Source: the human T2T-CHM13v2.0 reference genome, Homo sapiens. Taken from it: DNA of 64,000 bases. Below, in pieces: positions 31,751 through 45,736 of this stretch. Numbering within the stretch: position 1 is the first letter of the stretch; each line of letters opens with the position of its first letter. The translations under genes and the position numbers were made by a program. A model generated the notes under the pieces. It did not search any database, was not told where the DNA came from, and saw only the letters and a list, made by a program, of their open reading frames with translations. The DNA lies in assembly GCF_009914755.1 (NCBI RefSeq), contig NC_060934.1; one strand, written 5' to 3'.

Positions 31751-32858
31751 TGTGCTTGCTCAGAGGTGGGATGGAGGAGGAGTTAAGGGTGGAATCTCTA
31801 TAGCACAGATGTGACCAGTTGAGTAAAGGAAGGTACAGATAATTTTTCCAAAATCTTTATAGACAAAAAACTGGAATGCAGAGACAACCAGACACTATTC
31901 AATGTTAGCTGGGCATGGCCCTTCATGATGAGATGTTCTCAGCTGATTCACAAATGCTTAGCTTCAAGTAGTCATTGGTGGAATGTAATCAGACAAAAGG
32001 ATTCAAAATACTTTAAGGGTCCAGCAGCACTCCAGGAGAGAGTTTTTTTCATTGGATTCTCTATGTTTGAAGAGGGAGATGAAGCACAATAGGGTGGGTA
32101 AGGATAAAGACATTGTGATTTTCACCCCTTGGAACTTGTATTTTCTTCTAATTCTAATCAAACACTCGAATTGGATTTGTTTGTGAGAACAAGCCTTGTA
32201 AGCATAGGAGATTTTTTTGTGAATATGGGAGATATTATTGGTCTTCATAGCAGTATCCATCATGTCTAAATGGAAGCTGAGAGAAAATTTCTCATATTTT
32301 TTCCAGGAGAGGACCATGACTAAAGAAAACAGGGATAATTTCACTTACAAATTTGCTTCTGAGTTCCTCTATTTTTTATCTTCTAGGTCCCCATAGGATT
32401 CTGCCAGCTTGTGAGTGGCCTGGTCTTGTTTCTCAACTGGTCATCAGGGTCCACCCTGAGGAACCCTGGGAGATGTGCCAGGGGATGTTTAGGAAAGTGT
32501 GAGGAGCCACAGCATAAACCAAGAACTTTTTCTAGGTTTAGAAACTAAAAATATGACTTATGATTAAGATAGACTTCCAAATGGAATAGAATGGAATTTA
32601 AATAGTATGCCAATGATTAAGATGAGTCAGATTTTAGAGTCATTTTGATTTTGTTGTCAGTGTCATGGCCCTGTCCTTGATTTTCTAGGGGCAGGTTTTC
32701 ATTCTTGTCAATTACCAGGGGTACCTTAAGTGGAAAGTTTGAGAAGCACTGGGGAACTGGTTTTAACCAGAGTTTAGCTCTGAAGTCTATAGAAGAAAAT
32801 CTTTATACTTAGAATTAGGCTCTTTACTGGCCTTACAAGCTTCAGAAAGCCTGTTCCT

Positions 32859-33183
32859 GGCCGGGCACGGTGGCTCATGCCTGTAATCCTAGCACTTTGG
32901 GAGGCCGAGGTGGGCAGATTACCTGAAGTTGGGAGTTCAAGACCAGCCTGGCCAACAAGGTGAAACCCCATCTCTACTACAAAATACAAAAAATTAGCTA
33001 GGTGCAGTGGCGTGCGCCTGTAATTCCAGATACTTGGGAGGAGTAGGCAGGAGGCAGGAGAATAGCTTGAACCAGAGGCGGAAGTTGCAGTGAGCCAAGA
33101 TAGCACCACTGCACTCTAGCCTGGGCTACAGAGCGAGACTTTGTCTCAAAACAACAATAACAACAACAACAACAACCAAAAAA
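32859..33183 (+). mobile_element. AluS with (AAC)n tail
   Basis: Full dimer ggccgggcacggtggctc...; no downstream TSD seen. Confidence 0.9.
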
Positions 33184-33184
33184 T

Positions 33185-33905
33185 ACTTAGGAGGAGCATG
33201 CAGATGGGCAGGTCATGGGGAGAGTGGGCTCTGAACTCCCAGCAGTATCTAGGGTTGAGTGTTTACACTTCCTGAAACACCTACCTCAGTGGGTATGTGT
33301 TACAGTGTGCTCTTTCAGCTTAGCCATCTGCAGGCGGCTTGTGTTAATCAGCTCACTTAGACTCTCTGCCTTATCACAAGGACAGAGGAGCTTTCTGTAT
33401 CCTGGGGTTCTTGCCCTAATGTACTAGAAAAATTGGATCACACATGGGCGTGGAGAATGAGTACAAGGTTTTATTGAGTGGTGGAAATAGCTCTCGGCAG
33501 ATGGATGGGAGCCAGAATGGGGATGGAGTGTGAAGGTGGTCTTCCCCTGGAGTTGGGCCACTCCGTGGCCAAACACTCCTCCGACCACCCCTGGCTGAAT
33601 TCCACATCGTTTGTGTCATTCTGCCATTGATGGTCTGCCGGAGTCTGTCAATGCATTCTTCTGCTGGTGTGTTCCTCTTGACATGCAGCTGCTCGTGTGT
33701 GTGCCCGCCAGGGTCTCAGGGTTTTTACAGGCACAGGATTGGGGGCATGCTGGGCCAGAGTGGCCTTGGAAAATGCAACACATGGGCGCAAAAACAGGAG
33801 TGCCTGTCCTCACCTGGGTCCGTGGGCACAGGCCCCAGTGTGGAGCCCTTGCGAGGGACTCTGCCCTTCTCTACCCAGGACTTCCCTGCACCCCCTTCCA
33901 TATCA
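33185..33905 (-). mobile_element. ERV1 LTR of LTR1/LTR28/MER52 group, 3' end missing
   Basis: Minus strand begins TGATATGGAAGGGGGTGCAGGGAAG; GC-rich; minus-strand AATAAA near 33470. Confidence 0.75.
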
Positions 33906-34772
33906 ACATCATCCAGGCCTGGAGTGTTTTGGTAGGAGAGATTTTACAATCATCCTTAATTACTTTGATGGAAACTGGCCTGTCTGTAAGTTCTGTCTTT
34001 AATGGGATTTGTTTCACTTATGGTATACACAGTATGCGTCAATAGTTATATCTTTTTTGTCACTTATTATTTTATACATTCTTCATTTCACCTCTTAAAA
34101 AATTAGGTCAGGTACTGTTTTATGTGTTTGGTTGATTTATTCCCCATAATTTATTTATTTATTTACTGATTATTTTTGTTTACTGACATTAAATTCCTTT
34201 ATATGTATTAATCGCTTCTTTCTGCTGTCTTGTGTTATAGTTTGCTATTCTACATCTAGCTTTTTGAATTATATGTTTAGCTTTCTTATTTTTAAAATTG
34301 TATTTAATGCTAGGAATTTTCACCTGAAGAATTTTTTTTAAAGCTGTATCTCACAGATTCTAATGTGTTTTGCTTTCATTATTGTTTTCTAGATTTCTAG
34401 AAAATTTTGTTTTGTATTCTTCATTGTCCCAAGGGTCGTTTAATATATACTAGTGTGTGTCTGTCTAGCTGTTTTTATGTATTTTCAATTATAAAAAGCT
34501 TTTTAGTTTTTAAACATTTCTGAATTATTTTATTTGATGTATGTTTCTGTATATAGCACTGAGTTGGATTTCTTTAACTTGTCTAACAACATTATTTCTG
34601 CATAGATGATTGAAATCCATTTATATGTATGAATATGATTTATTTGTTTCTGGTTTGTCATATTGCTTTATACTTTGTGTATTATATAAATGCATATTTT
34701 ATATATACCCAGTAAGTTTTTCGCTAGATGAGCTACTTTATTTTCTCACTCTCTAGTATTTAGGAAGATATA

Positions 34773-35136
34773 TGATACGGTTTGGGTCTGTCCCCACCCA
34801 AATCTCATCTTGAATTGTAGCTCCTATAATTCTCACATGTCATAAGAGGGACCTGGTGGAAGGTAATTAAATCATGGGGGCAGATCTTTCCCATGCTGTT
34901 CTCATGATGGTGAATAAGTCTTATGAGATCTGATGGTTTTATAAAGGCAAGTTCCCCTAAACATGCTCTCTTGCCTGCTGCCACATAAGGCGTGACTTTG
35001 CTCCTCATTCACCTTCTGCCATGATTGTGAGGACTCCCCAGCCATGCAGAACTGTGAGTCAATTCAACCTCTTTCCTTAATAAATTACCCAGTCTTGGGT
35101 ATGTCTTTATTAGCAGCATGCGAACAGACTAATACA
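34773..35136 (+). mobile_element. THE1 (B/C-like) solo LTR
   Basis: tgatacggtttgg...cccacccaaatctcatcttgaattgtag...cagactaataca; 364 bp. Confidence 0.9.
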
Positions 35137-35473
35137 GTGTATATTTTTGTTCTAGTGATTATCACTAAATGAATACCTTTATAATATAACACCTTTAGCT
35201 ATCTCTTTACTTAGATATTTAGATATTATCTGTTAGTTTGCTAATATAAGCTGTAGTAAAATTAGTTATTAATTATTTATTTTCCTCTCCCTCCCCTCTG
35301 TCTACTAATTGTTGCTCAGGGTTTTATACTTATGATCGGAAATAAACATCTGTCACTTGCTTTTTCAGTTTCAAGTTATATCATTTTATTCTCACATAAT
35401 AACCAGAGGCAATCAAAGACCTTATTCTATTTTATACCTACTGTCTTTCTATTCTCCCATTTTCAGTTAGTTG

Positions 35474-35896
35474 TGTTAAAAGAAACACTTTCGACAAATT
35501 AAATTTAGCAAAATTTAACTGAGTAAAGAACAATTTGCAAATAAGGCACACACACCCGCCCTCCCTACTGGCCCTCAATTAGAATGGGTTTAGAGCAACT
35601 CTGGTGCTTGTCTATGGTTAGAAAGGGTTTATAGACAGAAAAAAGAGAGTGATGTAGACAAAATAGAAGTGAAATACAGAAACAGTTGGATTGGTGACAA
35701 CTTGGTGTTTGCCTTATTTGAACCTGCTTTCAGCAGTTGGACCATGTTTGATTGGCTGAAACTTGGTGATTGGTAAAAGAGTAGGTTACAATCTATTTAC
35801 CATCCGGTTAGGTTTCAGTTCATTATGTAGAGAGAAACCTTTAGGCTAAATTTAAAATATGTAAGGAGGCGGCTTTAAGCTAAACTGAATTTAATA
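35474..35896 (-). mobile_element. MER57-type ERV1 solo LTR
   Basis: Reverse complement of MER57 start (aaacctttaggc...aaaatatgtaaggaggc); 4-bp TSD gttg at 35470-35473 and 35897-35900. Confidence 0.8.
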
Positions 35897-35899
35897 GTT

Positions 35900-36560
35900 G
35901 AATTATTTCTACATTGTCAGAGCACGTAGCACTTATAGCTTTGTCTTCCATCTTTTAATTTTAGTTCTTCAGTTACCTACATTTAATATTGACCTCTAAA
36001 TTTATGCTGAAGGTTTCATGACAATTTTGTAGTTTCCTGAAATGTGGTCTGTGATAGATTCCTGCATGTTCATAACTGGTTGCCTGTGGCCTTTATACTT
36101 GAAGAATAGTTTAGCTAAAGATAAAATCCTTCACTCAAATTTCTCCATGAGAATGTTGCCTCAGTTAAAATACTACTTAAAGAATGCTGATGATAATATG
36201 ATTCTTGTTTGCATTTCTTTGACATACAGAATGGACTTTTTGTTATGTTCAAAGAATATTTTCCTTATATTTTATAGCCCAATTATTGTATTAAAATATT
36301 TGTCAGTATTGAACATTTTAAGTCAACTTTTCAAATTAGAGAATGCCCTCTCAAAATATTAAAATGCACATATATATGGCTTTTTTTTCAAGTCTTTTAT
36401 GACAGCAACATTTCCTTGAAATATAGTTTTAAATATTGTTTCATTGCTTCAGTTTTCTTTCCTGGGGACTCCAATAAAATGTGTATCAGCTCTCCCTTGC
36501 CTTGGTCCTTTATCACCTTCTCCAGAAGACTTTTGTTTCTTTTAGTTTCTTTTTTCCCAT
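35900..36560 (-). mobile_element. Ancient L1 ORF1-like/HAL1 fragment (likely continues ~43560-44000)
   Basis: Antisense degenerate ORF1-like sequence (cttgaagaatagtttagct; ttcctggggactccaat). Confidence 0.45.
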
Positions 36561-39500
36561 AGAAAATAACAATTTTATTTATTTATTTAATAGTTTCCAA
36601 TTTTATTTTAGATTCTGGAGAACATGTGCAGGTTTGTTATATGAGTATGATGCTGAGGTTGGGGATACAAATGATCCCATCACCCTGATAGTGAGCATAG
36701 TTTCCAACAGTTAGGTTTTCAACCCTTGCCACCTTCACTACTTTCGACCTCTATTAGTCCTCAGTGTCTACTGTTGCCATCTTTATGTCCATGAGAACCA
36801 AATATTTAGCTCCTATTTATAAGAGAGAACATATGGTATTCAGTTTTCTATTCCTGTACAATTAGCTTAGGATAATGGCCTCCAGTTCCACCCATGTTGC
36901 TGCAAAGGACATGATTTTATTATTTTTTAATGGCTGTGTGGTATTCCACAATGTATATGTACCATATTTTCCTTATCAAATCGATTTTTGATAGGTATCT
37001 AGATTGATTCCTTGTCTTTGCTATTGTGAATAGTCTTGGAATGAAGATACAAGTGCATATGTTTTTGTGGTAGAATAATAGATTTTCTTTTGGATATATA
37101 CTCCATAATGGAGTTGTTGGGTCAAATGGTGGTTCCATTTTAAGTTATTGAGAAACCCCCAAACTGCTTTTCACAGTGGCTGAACTAATTTATATCCCCA
37201 CCAACAGCATATGTGTTCCCTCTTCTCCACAGCATCACCAGCATCTGTCAATTTTTGACTTTTTAATAATAGCCATTCTGATTGGTGTAAGATGGTATCT
37301 CATTGTGGTTTTAATTTGCATTTCTTTGATAATTAGTGATACTGAGCATTTTTTCATGTTTCTTGTCCACTTCTTCGTCTTTTTTGAGAAGTGTCTGTTC
37401 ATGCCATTTGCTTACTTTTTAATGGGGTTGTTTTTGTCTTGTTGTGTTGTTTAAGTTCCTTATAGATTCTGGATATTAGACTTTTGTTGGGTGCATAGTT
37501 TGCAAATATTTTCTCCCATTCTGTAGGTTGTCTGTTTACTATATTGATAATTTCTTCTGTTATGCAGAAGCTCTTTAGTTTAATTAGGTCACACTTTCAA
37601 TTTTGATTTTGTTGCAATGGCTTTTGAGGACTTAGTCATAAATTTTTTCCTGAGACCAATGTCCAGAATAGTGTTTACTAGATTTTCTTCTAGGATTCTT
37701 ATGATTTGAGGTCTTACATTTAAATCTTTAATTCATCTTATTTTTGTATATGGTGAAAGGTAGGGGTCCAGTTTTATTCTTCTGCATATGGTTAGCCAGC
37801 TATCACTGTACAATTTATTGAATAGGGAATCTTTTCCCCATTGTTTATTTTTGTCAACTTTGTTGAAGATCAGATGGCTGTATAAATGCAGCTTTATTTC
37901 AGGGTTCTTTGTTATTTTCCGTTGGTCTGTGGGTTTGTTTTTGTACCACTATTGTGTTATTTTGGTTACTGTATAGCCTTATAGTATAGTTTGAACTTAA
38001 GTAATGTGATGCCTCCAGTTTTGTTGTTTTTGCTTGGATTGCTTTTGCTATTTTGGCTCTTTCTTTTTATTCCATATAAATTTTAGGATGTTTTTCTAAC
38101 TCTGTGAAAACTGAAATTTGTAGTTTGATAGAAATAGTGTTGAATCTCTAGATTGCTTTGGCCAGTATGGCCATTTTAATAATATTGAGTCTTCCATTTC
38201 ATGAGCCTGGACTAGTTTTCCATTTGTTCGTGTCACTATGATTTTTTTCGGTGTTTTCCATCTATGATATGTTTGCAGTGTTTTGTTTTTCTCCTTGCAG
38301 AAATCTTTCACCTCCTTGGTTAGATACATTCCTAGGCATTTTACATTTTGTCTGTGGCTATTGTAAATTGCATTGCATTCTTGATTATACTCTCAGCTTG
38401 AGCATTATTGGTGTACAGAAATGCTACTCAGTTTTGTACATTGATTTTGTATCCTGAAACTTTACTGAAGTTGTCTGTCAGTTCCAGGAGCCCTTTGGCT
38501 TAGTCTTTATGGTTTTCTAGGTATAAAGTCATATCATCAGTGAAAAGAGGTACCTTGGCTTCTTTTTCTATTAGAATGCTCTTCATTTCTTTCAGTTAAT
38601 TGCTCTGGCAAGGACTTCCAGTACTATGTTGAACAGGAGTGGTAAGAAGAGATATACTTGTCTTGTTAACAGTTCTCAAGGGGAATGCTTCCAGCTTTTG
38701 CCCCTTCAATATAATGTTGGCTGTGGGTTTGTCATAGATGACTCTTACTATTTTGAGATATGTTCCTTTGATGCCTATTTTGTTGACAGTTCTTGTCATG
38801 AAGGGATGCTGGATTTTATTGGAGGCTTTTTCTGTGTCTGTTAAGATGATGATATGGTTTCGGGTTTCAATTCTGCTTTTGTGGTGAGTCACATTTATTG
38901 ATTTGTGTATGTTGAACCAAACTTGCATACCAGGCATGAAGCCTACTTAATTGTGGTGAATTAACTTTTTTATGTGCTGCAGGATTCAGTTTGCTAGTAT
39001 TGTGTAGAGGATATTTTTGTCTATGTTCACCAGAGGTATTGGCCTGTAGTTTTCTTTTTTTTGTTGTTGTGTCTTTTCCAGGTTTTGGTATCAGGGTGAT
39101 GTTGGCTTCATTGAATGAGATAGTGAAGAGTCTCTCTTCCTCAATTTTTTAGAATAGTTTCACTTGAATTGGTATCAGTTCTTCTTTGTACACGTGGTAG
39201 AATTCGGCTGTGAGTCCATTTTGTTTGAGGCTTTTTTGTGTTTGTAGGTTTTTTATTAATGATTAAACTTCAGAACTTAATATCAGTTGCTTCAAGGTTT
39301 CAATTTCTTCCTGATTCAATCTTGAGATGTGTGTTTCCAGAAATTTATCCATTTCCTCTAGATTTTCTAGTTTGTGTGCACAGATGTGTTCATAATAGTC
39401 TCTGAGGATCTTTTGTATTTTTGTGGTATTAGTTGTAATGTCACCTTTGTCATTTTTGATTGTGCTTATTTGGACCTTCTCTCTTTTTCTCTTTTATTAA

Positions 39501-40926
39501 TCTAGCTGGAAGTCTATCAGCCTTGTTTATCCTTTTCAGGAATTAACTTGGGTTTTGTCAATTCTTTGTATGGATTTTTGGATCTGAATTTCATTCAGTT
39601 CTGCTCTGATTTTAGTTATTTTGTGTGTGTGTGTGTGCTAGCTTTGGGGTCAATTTGTTCTTGTGTTTTCTAGTTACTCTAGGCGTGATGTTAAATCATT
39701 AATTTGAAATTTTTCTAATTTTTTGAGGTTGGTGTGTTAGCCCTATAAACTTTCCTCTTAACACTGCTTTTGCTGCATCCCAGAGATTTTGATATGTTTT
39801 GCCTCTGTTTTCATTTGTTTCAAAGAATAATTTGATGTCTGACTTAATTTCATTGTTTATCCAAAAGTGATTTATGAGCAATTTGTTAAATTCCTATGTA
39901 ATTTTGTGGTTTTGAGGGATCTTCTTGATATTGATTTTAATATTTATTCCACTGTATTCTGAGAATATGGTTGGTATGATTTCACTTTTTTTAAATTTAT
40001 TGAGACTTGCTTTATGGTTGAGCATGTGGTCAGTTTTAGAGTATGTTCTGTGTACTATTGAGACAAATGTGTTTAATGGGTGAAACATTCTGTAGATGTT
40101 TATTAGATCCAATGGTCAAGTGTCAAATTTAGGTCCAGAAGTTCTTTGTTAGTTGTCTGCCTCAATTGATCTGTCTAAGAGCATCAGTGAGGGGTTGAAG
40201 TTCTGCACTATTATTTTCTTGGTGTCTAAGTCTTTCTGTAGGTCTAGAAGTAGTTGCTTTAAGAATCTGGTGTTCCAATGTTGGGTATATATATTTAAAG
40301 TAGTTAACTCTTCTTGACTTAACTTGAATTGAACCCTTTGTTGTTATGTAATGCCCTTCTTTGTCATTTTTTGCTGTTGTTGGTTTAAAGTCTGTTATTT
40401 CTGATATAAAAACAGAAACTTTTGCTCTATTTTGTTTTCTAAATATTTGTGTGATTTGTTTTTCTCCAACACTTTACTTTGATCCGATGGGTGTTGTTAT
40501 GTGTGAGATGGGTTTCTTCAAGAGACCCATCTAGAAGGGTCTTATTTTTTTACCCAACTTTCAGCTCTATACCTTTTAAGTGGGGCATTTAGATCATTTA
40601 AATTCAAGGTTAACATTGATATGTGAGGCTTTGATCCTCTTGTGAAGTTGTTAGTTGGATGCTTTATAGTCTTCATTGTCTAGTTGCTTTATAGGGTCTG
40701 TGAGCTATGTACTTAAGTGTGATTTTGTGGTAGCAGATACTGTTCTTTCATTTTCATGTTTAGAATTCACTTAAGAATCTCTCGTAAGGCTAGTCTAGTG
40801 GTAACAAGTCCCCTTAGTGCTTGCTTGTCAGAAAAAAAAATCTTTTTTCTCCTTTGCTTATGGAGCTTAGTTGGCAAGATAGAAATTCTTGCTTGGAATT
40901 ATCTTTTCTTTAAGAATGCTGAAAAT

Positions 40927-41258
40927 TGCTGAGTTCAGTGGCTCATCCTTCCAATCCCAATACTTTGGCAGCTTGAGGTGGGAGGATTGCTTGAGCCTCC
41001 AGGAGTTCAAGACCACCCTGGGCAATATAGTGAGACCTTGTCTCTACAAGTAATAATAAAAATTAGCTGCGTGTGGTGGCATGTGGCTGTTGTCCCAGCT
41101 GCTCAGGAGGCTGAGGTGGGAGGTTCACTTGATACTGGGAGGTTGAGGCTGCAGAGAGATGTGATCGTTCCACTCTATTCCATCTGAGGCAACAGAGTAA
41201 AACCAAGTCTCAAAAATAATGATAATGATGATGATGATGATGATAATAATAATCATAT
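40927..41258 (+). mobile_element. AluJ with (ATG/ATA)n tail
   Basis: TSD aatgctgaaaat at 40915-40926 and 41259-41270; J-type ggattgcttgagcc. Confidence 0.85.
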
Positions 41259-41611
41259 AATGCTGAAAATAGGTCTCCAGTTTCTCCTGGCTTGTAAGCT
41301 TTCTGCTGAGAAGCCTGCTGTTAGGCTGAAGGAGTTCCCTTTGTACATCATCTAACCTTTTTCTCTAGCTGCCTTTAAGATTTTTTCTTTATTGTTGACC
41401 TTGGTGGCTATATGTCCTGGTGATGTTCATCTTGTACAGTATCTCATCTTGTATAGTGTCTTGTATGTACAAGTCTTTTCTGGATTTCTTGTATCTGGAT
41501 GTCTACCTCTCTAGCAAGATTAGGCAAGTTTTCTTGAATTATTTCCTCAAATATGTTTTCCAGGTTGTTTACTTTTTCTTCTTGTCAGTTAAGAATGCCA
41601 ATAATTTATAG

Positions 41612-42016
<405 letters not shown>

Positions 42017-45001
42017 TTAGTCTTCTAGCTCGGAAATTTTTTCTTCTTCTTGGTCCAGACTATTGATTAAAACTTTCAGTTGTATTTTGAAATTCCTTAA
42101 GTGAGTTTTTCAATTCCAGAAGCTCTGATTTGTTCCTTTTAACACACTCATCTTTTCCTTCATTTCCTGGATTGCTTTAGAAGTTTCTTCATGTTGATTT
42201 TCAACTTGTCTTGCATCTCATTGAGCTTCCTTGCAATCCATGCTTTTAATTCTTTATCTGTCATTTATGAGTTTCTATTTTGGTTAGGAAACATTGCTGA
42301 AGAGCTAGTGTAATCCTTTGGTGGTGTCACTACATTCAGATTTTTCATGTTGTCAGAATTCTTGTGGTGGTTTCTTCTCATCCGGAGATGCTGGTATTGC
42401 TAATTTTTTGTAATTATTTTCATGTGAGTAGAATTTTTTTCTTTTTCTTTCTTTCCCTATAACATGATTTTTTTTTCCCTTTTATTCCCCTAGTCCTCCC
42501 TCCTTGGGGTGTGTGATTGTACAGAATGTTGGGTAGGGTTGTTTGGCTTTACTTCTATAACTCTATGCATTTCTTTCAGCAGATTTTATATTGGGATGTG
42601 TGGTTCAATCTACAAGGCAATACATAGCACTTATGGGTAAGAACCAGCTGTGGCCAATGTGTCTGTGTACATACTTGACTCTTGTTTACTAGGAGAAGCT
42701 CTCATTACCTCAGGCAATGGGCTGATCTGTGGAGTGCACAGTAGTCTGAGATCCCTGCTCAGCCTTGGGAAAACATGGGAACATCATCAGCAGGTCCAGA
42801 CTGGGCAGACCTATTTATAGGTCCCCCAATGGCAGACATGTGCACCAGTGCTGAGGAAGAATCAAGTGGGTGACCACCAAGTACTCAGAGGTGTGCCCAG
42901 ATGTGGAGCTGAGAAACCTCCTCAGCTCCAAGTTATCTGCATGGGTATGGGGGTGGCCTAAACCCCTAATCCAGGAGAGTGGGTGCTTCAGGTGCCTGGA
43001 GACCTGCCTGGCTGTGCAGATGGCCCTGCTACACCACAATCCCTGCCCAGGAAGGGTAGGGCAGCTCAGGCTGGTAACAGATGCTCTGACTGCTGGAAAA
43101 TATGCCTGGATGTGGAGAAGAGAGGGCCATGTTTCACCATGGTCTCTGCACAGGAGGGGTGAGCTGGCTCAGGCTTCTGTTTCAGGTGAGTGGGTGTTCT
43201 GAGTGCCTGGAGATCTGCCTGGGCATGAAGTGGAGAGGCCCTGCTTTACCACAATCTCTGCACAGGAAGGGTGGGGAAGCTCAGGCTGCTATTCTGGGTA
43301 AGTGGGTGCTTGGATTCCTTGGAGATGTGCCTAGGCATCAAACAGAGAAAGCCCTGCTGCACCACAATCTTTTTTATCAGCTGAATGCTGTCACGGGGCT
43401 GTTTGCCTCCCTGGGATCTGTGATAGCCTTCAGGATTCTGGTAGATTCCCGTTTTCTGAATTAAAGCTCAGAGAGTTGATCTTTATGCACTATCTTGCTA
43501 TTTTCAAGTGGCTGAGGCATATTAAAAGCTTCTAGTCTGTCATCTTGCAAAAAAAAAGGGAAATATCTATGTGAATTTTCTTTTACTTATCTATTTTCTG
43601 TAATTTATTTCCTTTCGTTGCTATAGATTGTATTTACTTCCTCTTGTGTTTGTGTTTGTTTTGTATTTCTTGTAATTTGATCTTAATCTGAAATATATTT
43701 TTAATACTCTTGAAAATTTCAGTAATTATCCTTTACCTTATTCCTGTTGTCTAGAGATGTCATTTTTGAACTATTCTCTTTCTGATTTTTGCTGATTTTT
43801 AAAGATTCAATTATTTTCTTTATTTTAGCTCATTAAAAAATAGGTAAGAGGTTTTCATCTGCTTTAAAGTCATACTTATTGTTGGTATGTTCTTATTGCC
43901 TTGTGAAACATTATGAGATTTTCAACTTTTTATGCCTTTTAATAACTTCATAAAGTGTTCGATCATATCCCTTTTTCTTTTTCATGTTTGAATGGAATGG
44001 GTTTTCCTGGGCTACTATGAGAAGGTTCCTCTGGGAGGGGTAAGAGGTCAGGGTGGTTTTCACAGCTTCATATTGAGGATTCTCTCCTCTCTTATTAGCT
44101 TGAAAGACTCAATTCATGACTCTCTGTAGCCACTTCTTAGTCTCTTAACATTACGTCTGATTCAGATAATTGTTCTGCCTCAGCCTGTGCTGTTTGTCCC
44201 TAACACTATATTCTCTGCGATGTGACTTTGAGACTTTCTAGGATCTGTGTTCTCTGGGCTTCTACCCCTCTGAGGAAGCCTTCTCTCTTTTTTAGTCCCC
44301 AGTGTTCTGATCCTGCTCAGTTAGGCTGCTGTTTACTGTCATCTTTCCTTAGGCTAGAGCCCTGTCTTTTGGATGGGAATATTTTATGGATATTTCTGAA
44401 TTTCTTAAGAGCTTAATCTAGGAAAAAACCACTGATTTCATTACATATCCAAATAATAAATACCTTTTTTCAGTCACTTCCAAATTGAAGCCTCTGAGAA
44501 TGTTTTCCAGTTTTGCTAATCAGTCTCAGATCCTTCAACCCAGGGCTCTACCTAAAGAGGTGTTCTCCACTTTTGAGAAGAAATAATTGTGTAGTTTTTT
44601 CCATTTCTGCATCTATCCTGATGACCTCGGTTGTCCCTTTTAATTTCATGCCACTCACGACCCTCAAATCTTGAATTTGTGTAGCTCCTACTGCACTTGG
44701 TGTTCTGGATACCCTCAGTCATATTCTGGGGTTCACAAAGTGCCCCATCACCAGGTGGTATTGACAAAGTTATCTACACATTTTTTTGAAGATATAAAAT
44801 TTCATGTCCTGTTTGAATTTTAGGAAACCTTTTGGGGAGATCAAATATTAAACTAAATCCATGATAACATTATGAGAAATTCTAATCTAGAATTAGAATA
44901 ATATAATCAGCATTGTTATCAAAACCTTTTAATTTTAATTAATTTTAAACTACTGTTTATAGTATAAATATATATTTCCACAAAGTTTTAAATTGCCTAT
45001 T

Positions 45002-45006
<5 letters not shown>

Positions 45007-45039
<33 letters not shown>
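45007..45039. repeat. (AC)16 microsatellite
   Basis: Perfect run. Confidence 0.95.
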
Positions 45040-45041
<2 letters not shown>

Positions 45042-45287
45042 ATTTTATGTTTTGGAATGTGGGCTTGGTAGGGCATTTTTCTGGCAATGCATGCATACAA
45101 GTGTGTGCCTGTGTTTAGCACTATGGTTATTAACCAGATATTCCATAAACTGAGTCTATATTGTTTCCCTTGTCCCTCTCCTTATTATACTCAATACAAT
45201 GTAGTTTTCCATGTTCTACTGTTATCATTCTGTACTTTTCATTTTCGACATTTGTCAAAAATTATAATTATATTGCAGTTTTTGTGC

Positions 45288-45736
45288 TGTGTTAGTTTCC
45301 TAGCGCTGCTATAACAAATTACTACAACCTCAGTGGCTTAAAACAAGAATTTATTCTCTCGCAGTTCTGTAATCAATGAGTTGGCAAGGCCACAGTCCCT
45401 CTGGAGATTTTGTGGGAGAGTCCGTTCTTTACTCCTTCCAGTTGCTGGTGGTTGCAGGCATTCCTTTGTGTCCTGTGGCTAATGGCTGTGTCACTCCAAT
45501 TGCTGCCTCCGTTTTCATGTCACCTTCTCCTATGCTTGTCTGTGTAATCTTCCTCTGCCCCTCTCTTATAATAATGGATGTGATTGAATTTCAGGTCAAC
45601 CCAGATAAGTCAGGATAAGTGCCTCCTCTCAAGAGTCTTTAACTTAATCATATCTTTTGCCATGTAAGGTAATAGTCACACCTTCTGGGGATTAGGATAT
45701 GAACATATTTTAGGGACCACTATTTAGCCCATTACA
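45288..45736 (-). mobile_element. MLT1 (A-C-like) solo LTR
   Basis: tgtgttagtttcct...ataacaaattac...gcccattaca; TSD tgtgc/tatgc. Confidence 0.8.

Noticed and set aside
33215-34045. Cluster of overlapping ORFs in GC-richer DNA
   Set aside because: Lies largely within an ERV1 LTR; not gag/pol/env-like.
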